Shown here one piece after another: positions 58,397 through 64,000 of a stretch of 64,000 nucleotides of DNA. Source of the stretch: an uncultured Nitrososphaerota archaeon (GTDB lineage: Archaea > Korarchaeota > Korarchaeia > Korarchaeales > Korarchaeaceae); assembly GCA_964618805.1 (NCBI GenBank), contig CAZUBM010000009.1, positions 1 through 64,000 on the forward strand. Reading direction: 5' to 3'. The stretch's first letter is position 1. Each line of letters begins with the position of its first letter. The notes below the pieces were generated by a model, which saw only the letters and a program-made list of their open reading frames with translations, searched no databases and had not been told where the DNA came from. Both the position numbers and the translations under genes were made by a program.

Positions 58397-58894
58397 ATGC
58401 GTAGCACTAGTTTTAAGATGGAAATTGTGTCCATTAGACCACCTGAAGGATGCAACGTTATTTTGGGTCAGTCTCACTTCATAAAAACTGTAGAAGACAT
58501 TTATGAGGCCTTAGTAAATACAGTTCCTGGAATAAAGTTTGGCATAGGATTTGTCGAGTCCTCAGGGAAATGTTTAGTTAGGCATGAAGGGAATGACGAG
58601 GAGTTAAGGAAGCTGGCCGCTGAAACAGCTTTAAAGCTTGGAACAGGCCACGCTTTTGTCATATTTCTCAAAGAAGGCTGGCCTTTAAACGTACTTCAAA
58701 GATTGAAAAGCGTTCCAGAGGTTTGTAAGATATTCTGCGCTACCGCTAACCCTGTTCAAGTGATCGTAGCCGAAACAGAGCAGGGAAGGGGGATACTTGG
58801 TGTTATAGATGGATTTAAGACGAAGGGAATAGAGAGCGAGCAAGACATTAAGGAGAGAAGGGAGTTCCTAAGAAAAATCGGTTATAAGTTCTGA
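58397..58894 (+). CDS. Adenosine-specific kinase family (DUF355)
   Basis: [21 protein letters not shown] and [10 protein letters not shown]. Confidence 0.9.
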   Translation: MRSTSFKMEIVSIRPPEGCNVILGQSHFIKTVEDIYEALVNTVPGIKFGIGFVESSGKCLVRHEGNDEELRKLAAETALKLGTGHAFVIFLKEGWPLNVLQRLKSVPEVCKIFCATANPVQVIVAETEQGRGILGVIDGFKTKGIESEQDIKERREFLRKIGYKF

Positions 58895-58926
58895 ACAAGC
58901 CCTCTTACAACAGGCACAGAAAATCT

Positions 58927-59622
58927 TTAGGTCAGTAACTTGAGGCTCACACCTTTTATCTCGTGGATGATTATCTTAGCTACTACCTCCATCGGATCCA
59001 AGTAGGGGAACTCTTCCTTTGATATAACAAGGGGTATTTCGGTGCACCCTGCTATAACTACTTCTGCTCCCTTGTTTCTGAGTTCTCTGAACAGCTCAAG
59101 GAATTTTTGTTTTGCCCCCTGCTTCTTTCCAGCTTTTATGTTGTAAATAGCCCTCATAACTCCTTCTATGTCGCTAGCTTCGATTAGCTCAATCCCTCTC
59201 CTTCCAAGAGCGTTATGATAAAGGCGGGTCTTTAATGTCCCTTTTGTGGCAACTATGCCCGCTTTCTTTATCCCAGCCTTCTCTATGGCCTTTGCAGTTT
59301 CCTCAATCATGTGTATGATAGGTATAGAAACCTCTTTCTGAACCTCCTCATAAAAGAAGAAAAATGTGTTACAAGGAACAGCTATCAAATCGGCTCCAGC
59401 ATCCTCAAGAAGCTTAGCATCCCTAATAAGAACTGGAACGGGATTTTCTCCTCCCCCTAGGATTGCAGCTGTTCTATCTGGGATTTTCGGATCATTGATC
59501 ACGATCATTCTAATGTGATCTTGATCCCTTTCAGCAGGCGTTAGCTCAATTATCTTATTCATAAAGTAGACAGTAGCCTCGGGTCCCATCCCTCCTAGTA
59601 TTCCGAGTGTCTTCTCATTCAT
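58927..59622 (-). CDS. Aspartate/glutamate racemase
   Basis: GGMGPEAT, IPDRT, and the two-Cys motifs PCNT and GCTE. Confidence 0.92.
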   Translation of the reverse strand: MNEKTLGILGGMGPEATVYFMNKIIELTPAERDQDHIRMIVINDPKIPDRTAAILGGGENPVPVLIRDAKLLEDAGADLIAVPCNTFFFFYEEVQKEVSIPIIHMIEETAKAIEKAGIKKAGIVATKGTLKTRLYHNALGRRGIELIEASDIEGVMRAIYNIKAGKKQGAKQKFLELFRELRNKGAEVVIAGCTEIPLVISKEEFPYLDPMEVVAKIIIHEIKGVSLKLLT

Positions 59623-59688
59623 CTAAAATCAAGAAGATAAGCTAATATGACGTTAAAAATCCTTTGTAAGAGTTAAGTATCTTTAATT

Positions 59689-60771
59689 TTAGTCTAAGAA
59701 CCTCCACCCTCTTGAGGTACACCTTCCAATAATTGGTATCGTTTCTCCGCACTTAGGACATTCATTCCCTTCAAGCAGATTGCACTTCAGCACATCAAAG
59801 CCATACCTCTGTATCAAAAGCTCGCCGCAATTCGGGCAATATGTGTTCTCTCCAGGATCTCCTACCACATTTCCCGTATAAACATACCTTACCCCTTCCT
59901 CCATGGCTATCTTCCTGGCCTTGTCAACGGTCTCTATCGGTGTTGGGGGTCTGTCAAGCATCTTATAATGTGGGTAGAACCTGGAGAAGTGCACCGGAGT
60001 ATCCGGACTTACTTCTCTAACCACCCATTTCGCGAATTCTCTTATCTCATCCTCATCGTCGTTAAGCCCAGGAATTACGAGATAAGTAATTTCCACATGA
60101 ACTCCCGCCTTCTTAAGGTGAAGAACAGTGTCTAGAACTGGCTTTAGGGATGGGGCCTTGCATACCTTTCTGTAAAATTCGTCAGTGAACGCCTTTACAT
60201 CCACGTTTGCGGCATCTATTAGAGGTGCAAGGAGTTCTCTTGTCTCCTTGCTCCAATATCCATTTGTTATGCTAAGGGTCTTAATCCCCTCCTTTTTCGC
60301 AAGCCTCGAAGTCTCGACAACCCATTCCAAGTTAACTATGGTCGGCTCATTGTAGGTGAAGGCTATGGAGAGGGCTCCAGATCTCTTGGCCCCATTAACT
60401 GCCTCTTCAGGCAAAAGCGTCTGAAGCCATGGGTAATCAAGGGGATCCGCTTGGCTTATCCCCCAGTTTTGGCAGTGCTCACACATCAGGTTGCATCCAA
60501 CGGTTCCTATGCTGTATGCCCATGAACCTGGATAGTAGTGAAAAAGGGGCTTTTTCTCAATAGGGTCCATCGCTACGGAACTAACCTTCCCATAATTTAC
60601 TTCGCAAAGCTGACCATTTGAGTTTATTTTGTTTTTACATGCTCCTCTCTTCCCTTCAGGAATCACACAATATCTAGGACAAGCTAGGCATTTCACCTTG
60701 CCATCTCCTAAGGGCTCTTGGAGGGTAGCTCTAACCCAATCCTTTTTGCCCTCAGGACAGGGTTCAACCAT
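59689..60771 (-). CDS. AmmeMemoRadiSam-system radical SAM enzyme
   Basis: DPIEKKPLFH, CNLMCEHCQNW, TYNEP and NTYCPNCG. Confidence 0.9.
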   Translation of the reverse strand: MVEPCPEGKKDWVRATLQEPLGDGKVKCLACPRYCVIPEGKRGACKNKINSNGQLCEVNYGKVSSVAMDPIEKKPLFHYYPGSWAYSIGTVGCNLMCEHCQNWGISQADPLDYPWLQTLLPEEAVNGAKRSGALSIAFTYNEPTIVNLEWVVETSRLAKKEGIKTLSITNGYWSKETRELLAPLIDAANVDVKAFTDEFYRKVCKAPSLKPVLDTVLHLKKAGVHVEITYLVIPGLNDDEDEIREFAKWVVREVSPDTPVHFSRFYPHYKMLDRPPTPIETVDKARKIAMEEGVRYVYTGNVVGDPGENTYCPNCGELLIQRYGFDVLKCNLLEGNECPKCGETIPIIGRCTSRGWRFLD

Positions 60772-60852
60772 ATCGTATCATCAATTAAGATAGCATTACC
60801 CCTTTTTAACCTTGGAAAAAATGGAAGAAGTTATGAGCTTCACCACTTTATT

Positions 60853-61458
60853 CTATCTCATCTCTCCCCTTTCCTTTAGCATTCTCTCGTAGTCAGATCT
60901 CCTTATCCTGACTTCTTTCCCACACGAGCTGCATTTATAGACTACTTCTTCCTCAAGCAGCAGAGGTTCATTAACTAAGGGCCTTCCGCAGTAGCAAACA
61001 AAGCCGACAAGTCTTGCTGGGCTCCCAATGACAAGACCATGATCCGGGACATCTGATGTCACCACAGCCCCTGCAGCAATCATAGCATATCTGCCAACAG
61101 TAATGCCGCAAAGTATGGTAGCGTTAGCCCCTATAGATGCACCCTTCTTCACAAGGGTTGGAATGACTTCCCAATCCTCATTGAAGGACCTTGGATATTT
61201 GTCGTTGGTAAACACTACATGAGGGCCTATGAACGCCTCATCTTCAATGACTACACCCCTGTAAACCGAAACGAAGTTTTGGATCTTCACACTATCGCCT
61301 ATAATTGCTCCTTTATCTATGTAAACGCCCTTTCCAATGTTGCAGTTCCTTCCTATCCTCGCTCCCTCCCTAACATGGACAAAATGCCAGATCCTAGTCC
61401 CTTCTCCTATCTCAGCTCCTTCCTCAACAATAGCCGTTGGATGAATGAATTTCCCCAT
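60853..61458 (-). CDS. Hexapeptide-repeat N-acetyltransferase (WbpD/WlbB-like) with a C-terminal Zn ribbon
   Basis: [20 protein letters not shown] and CYCG...CSSC. Confidence 0.88.
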   Translation of the reverse strand: MGKFIHPTAIVEEGAEIGEGTRIWHFVHVREGARIGRNCNIGKGVYIDKGAIIGDSVKIQNFVSVYRGVVIEDEAFIGPHVVFTNDKYPRSFNEDWEVIPTLVKKGASIGANATILCGITVGRYAMIAAGAVVTSDVPDHGLVIGSPARLVGFVCYCGRPLVNEPLLLEEEVVYKCSSCGKEVRIRRSDYERMLKERGEMR

Positions 61459-61527
61459 TCGATCAAAAATAAAGCAGGGGATTCTAAAAAGTTCATCAAA
61501 GGGTCAACGGGCTTACCCTTTCACAGC

Positions 61528-61770
61528 CTAAATTCTGGATTCCAAGAACTCCTTTATCAGGTTGAGTCCTGGAAGAACGCAATTCTCAGTCACAAGTGTA
61601 GGGGTTACGGCTGTGCCTATATCTTGAACGAGATAAGGAGCCACATCAGGATTCCCCGCATTCAATATCTCAACTTCTAGCCCTTTCTGCTTGACTAACT
61701 TGATCGCTTCCAAAGATTCCCTTTCTTCAGGCCTTACTAGTAGAAATATTGTCATTTTTCGCCCTTTCAT
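61528..61770 (-). CDS. Small glutaredoxin/thioredoxin-fold-like protein lacking CxxC
   Basis: TPTLV..GL..IKEFL pattern in an 80-aa ORF. Confidence 0.5.
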   Translation of the reverse strand: MKGRKMTIFLLVRPEERESLEAIKLVKQKGLEVEILNAGNPDVAPYLVQDIGTAVTPTLVTENCVLPGLNLIKEFLESRI

Positions 61771-61829
61771 TTATTAGTGATCGAGGTCATAAGCCTCATA
61801 ACTTCCGTTTCCAGTCCAGGGTGTGAGTC

Positions 61830-62978
61830 GTGAAGAAGTCCAAGGTCATTTTGGCTGCTGGACCTGCTGGATGCAGGACTATTGAAAGATTGCTTGAGGC
61901 AGTTGAGTATGCTAAGAAAGAAGAAGGGATCGATATAAAGCTTGAAAGGACATTTGAAAGGATGAGAGAGATAGCTGAGACTGATTACAACATCAACGTA
62001 ACTGAGGAGAACATACTTAACTTATTACCAGAGACGCTGAGGTCCCTAAGAAAGGACGCTTTAAGGAAGATCAAGGAGAGGATGAGGAAAGAGCCTGGCA
62101 TATACGTTGTTAGGTCGCCTGCTACATTCCTATGGGGAGGAACCCTCATCTCAGGCATAGACTATGATGATGTGGATCTGTTGCGTCCAGATGTCTTCTT
62201 GGTCGTTATAGATGATGTTATGATGGTAAAGGAGACCTTAAAGATGGATCCAGAGTGGAAAACTCAGAGATTCTCCCTTAGAGATTTGGCTGCATGGAGA
62301 GAGCAGGAGATAATGACGATAGAGGACCATGCAAGGAGGTTAAAGAGCGAATTCTTCATAGTAGCTAGGGCACATAATCCGAGGGTTTTCTACGACCTAA
62401 TAATGCACACGAACAAGCCTAAGATTTACCTTAGCTATCCAATGACTCACGTATCTCCGGAGCTGGAGGAGAAGTTCAGCGAGAAGAGGAGGGAGTTCAT
62501 AGAGGCTTTGATGGAATTAGGATACATAGTTTTTGACCCAATTACAATAAGAGAGGGGATAATACTTAGCAAACTCGAGGAGTACGAGAAAGAGGTAAAA
62601 AGAGGGGGAAAAGAGCCAGATCCAAATGCTATTATTGAGTTTGAGGTTAAATACGACGATCTCGGAAGGGTAAAGTTCTCATACCCCTATTTTGAGCTTC
62701 TTAATGTTAGCGAGTTAGTTGAGGGTCAAATAGTGAAGAGAGATTTCGCATTAATATCTTCCAGCGACCTAGTAGTAGTATACAATCCTCTAGGGATAGG
62801 ATCTCCTGGAGTTGCTTGTGAAATGATGTATGGGCATAGGATAATGGGCAAGCGCGTTTACCTTATTTGGGGTGGGGAAGGTAGACCAAGTCCCTTTTAC
62901 ACAGCTTTCTGCGATAGGAGATTCTCCACAAAGGAAGAATTCCTCGAATACCTCAAAGAATTCATGAAATCTTCTTAA
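61830..62978 (+). CDS. Archaeal adenylate-kinase-like domain fused to a nucleoside deoxyribosyltransferase-like domain
   Basis: N-terminal WREQE motif, and C-terminal IYLSYPMT..FDP..RDFALISSSD..SPGVACE. Confidence 0.7.
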   Translation: MKKSKVILAAGPAGCRTIERLLEAVEYAKKEEGIDIKLERTFERMREIAETDYNINVTEENILNLLPETLRSLRKDALRKIKERMRKEPGIYVVRSPATFLWGGTLISGIDYDDVDLLRPDVFLVVIDDVMMVKETLKMDPEWKTQRFSLRDLAAWREQEIMTIEDHARRLKSEFFIVARAHNPRVFYDLIMHTNKPKIYLSYPMTHVSPELEEKFSEKRREFIEALMELGYIVFDPITIREGIILSKLEEYEKEVKRGGKEPDPNAIIEFEVKYDDLGRVKFSYPYFELLNVSELVEGQIVKRDFALISSSDLVVVYNPLGIGSPGVACEMMYGHRIMGKRVYLIWGGEGRPSPFYTAFCDRRFSTKEEFLEYLKEFMKSS

Positions 62979-63045
62979 ATCTTTTTTGAAGATTTGTGGG
63001 CAAGTCCATTTCTCTTGAAGGAAAATAGTAAGATAAGATAAGAAC

Positions 63046-63405
63046 TTAGAGCATGAAATATGACAGTTTTATCCTTTCTATCTCTTCCAAGAAGTCACCA
63101 TTCTCATCAATTTTTATTCCTATGTTGTCATTGAGTTTTTGAAGTATTCTTCTTTCAATTATCTTCCCTCCATATCCGAACAACCCCAATAAGCCAAGAT
63201 GTATGGCTTTAGGGTTTCTTAATGCGCTCTCTATCGAAGACTGGTTTAGCTCAGCTATCATTCGGACTATAGCCTTAGTAGCTACGCTTCCTAATATCTC
63301 CTCTAAGCTCTCAACTACAGCGTTTGCGAGCAGGTCTTCAAAGAGGTTCGTACTGGAGTTATGAGTTAACGGTTCTTCCATAATTTCTTCCCTCATGATT
63401 TTCAT
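63046..63405 (-). CDS. Small helical archaeal protein (DUF3227/NitrOD5-like)
   Basis: AVVESLEEILG...L.GLFGYGGKIIERRIL pattern. Confidence 0.6.
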   Translation of the reverse strand: MKIMREEIMEEPLTHNSSTNLFEDLLANAVVESLEEILGSVATKAIVRMIAELNQSSIESALRNPKAIHLGLLGLFGYGGKIIERRILQKLNDNIGIKIDENGDFLEEIERIKLSYFML

Positions 63406-63525
63406 CTCTTCAAAGACGGTGCTTCTCTATCGTATATAAATGTTTCCAAAAAGCAACATAGTTATTATTTTAGTAACAAAGGTTACATTTAAATATTAAT
63501 ATGTATTCAACATAGGGGGAATCGC

Positions 63526-63807
63526 TTGTTTAACGAACTATTTGGACCATCAATATTCCTTTTAGTACTAGATCTTTTCTTAGAGAACCCAGACGAGCTG
63601 CTGAACATAAGAGAGATTGCAAGGAGAGTGAACAAGAATCCAGGGAGTATATCGAGGGTAATGCCCCTCCTTCTTGAGAGGGGATTTGTGAAGCAGATCA
63701 AGATAGGTAAAGCAGTTCGTGCATATCGTCTTAATGTAGAAAGCGAATTAGTTCAAGTATTAATTGAGTTTCAAAGAAAGTTAAAAAGTATGAACTATAG
63801 CCCATAA
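63526..63807 (+). CDS. Winged-helix transcriptional regulator
   Basis: LNIREIARRVNKNPGSISRVMPLLLERGFV..AYRLN. Confidence 0.8.
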   Translation: MFNELFGPSIFLLVLDLFLENPDELLNIREIARRVNKNPGSISRVMPLLLERGFVKQIKIGKAVRAYRLNVESELVQVLIEFQRKLKSMNYSP

Positions 63808-64000
63808 TATAAATCAGTCCATATATGCACCTTATATTATAGCCTTTGTACAGGTTTTTCCGATGGATAGGGAAACTTATGAAATAAAACGTTCTCCGGG
63901 TGAGGCTTGGATAAGGATATTTAGAAAGGGGGTTCGAGTAATCATCATTCGAGCTGGAACCTTCGTGAACATGCAAAAGGATGTGGAGGAATGCTTTGGA

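Noticed and set aside
238-63976. Numerous short antisense or overlapping ORFs in the track (e.g. 238-540, 2353-2661, 19292-19813, 44218-44763, 57115-57624)
   Set aside because: These are S/F/L/P-rich shadows of well-supported genes on the other strand or frame.
1-64000. CRISPR array, tRNA, rRNA, IS/transposase or integrase
   Set aside because: No regularly spaced repeats, cloverleaf or T-loop signatures, rRNA-like tracts or DDE/tyrosine-recombinase ORFs were seen on reading. A tRNAscan/Infernal run would be needed to be certain.

Overview
Archaeal chromosomal window. GGTGA/GAGGTG ribosome-binding sites and archaeal gene families suggest a thermophilic, anaerobic TACK-like lineage, but the taxon is inferred. 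No rRNA, tRNA, CRISPR array or intact transposase was seen. Layout: (1) 1-8.2 kb is an old duplication of an HD-hydrolase/membrane-protein/GT2 block with reciprocal deletions. (2) 7.5-25 kb is a cell-surface locus with a processive GT2, two beta-helix proteins, an exosortase/archaeosortase, a 1029-aa surface protein with a PEF-CTERM-like tail, a DPM1-like GT2, a GT-C-like membrane protein, four GT4s and methyltransferases. (3) 25.7-33.2 kb is the best novelty candidate. An unannotated 45-aa precursor-like peptide (27139-27276) sits directly upstream of an RRE/PqqD-radical SAM-SPASM maturase, divergent from two regulators (one EarA-family) and next to a MacB-type ABC exporter, which suggests an archaeal RiPP cluster. 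(4) 33-51 kb holds housekeeping and metabolic genes: pyrG-pyrI with a probable pyrB scar, vapBC, hps-rpiB, mPPase, PiT, PfpI, W-AOR with its rSAM maturase, and pncA. (5) 51.5-58.2 kb has an FMN glutamate-synthase-family gene plus a NuoEFG/Bfu-like module, followed by a decayed group 3b NiFe hydrogenase operon. (6) 58-64 kb is miscellaneous enzymes. Many short deletion scars point to ongoing gene loss.
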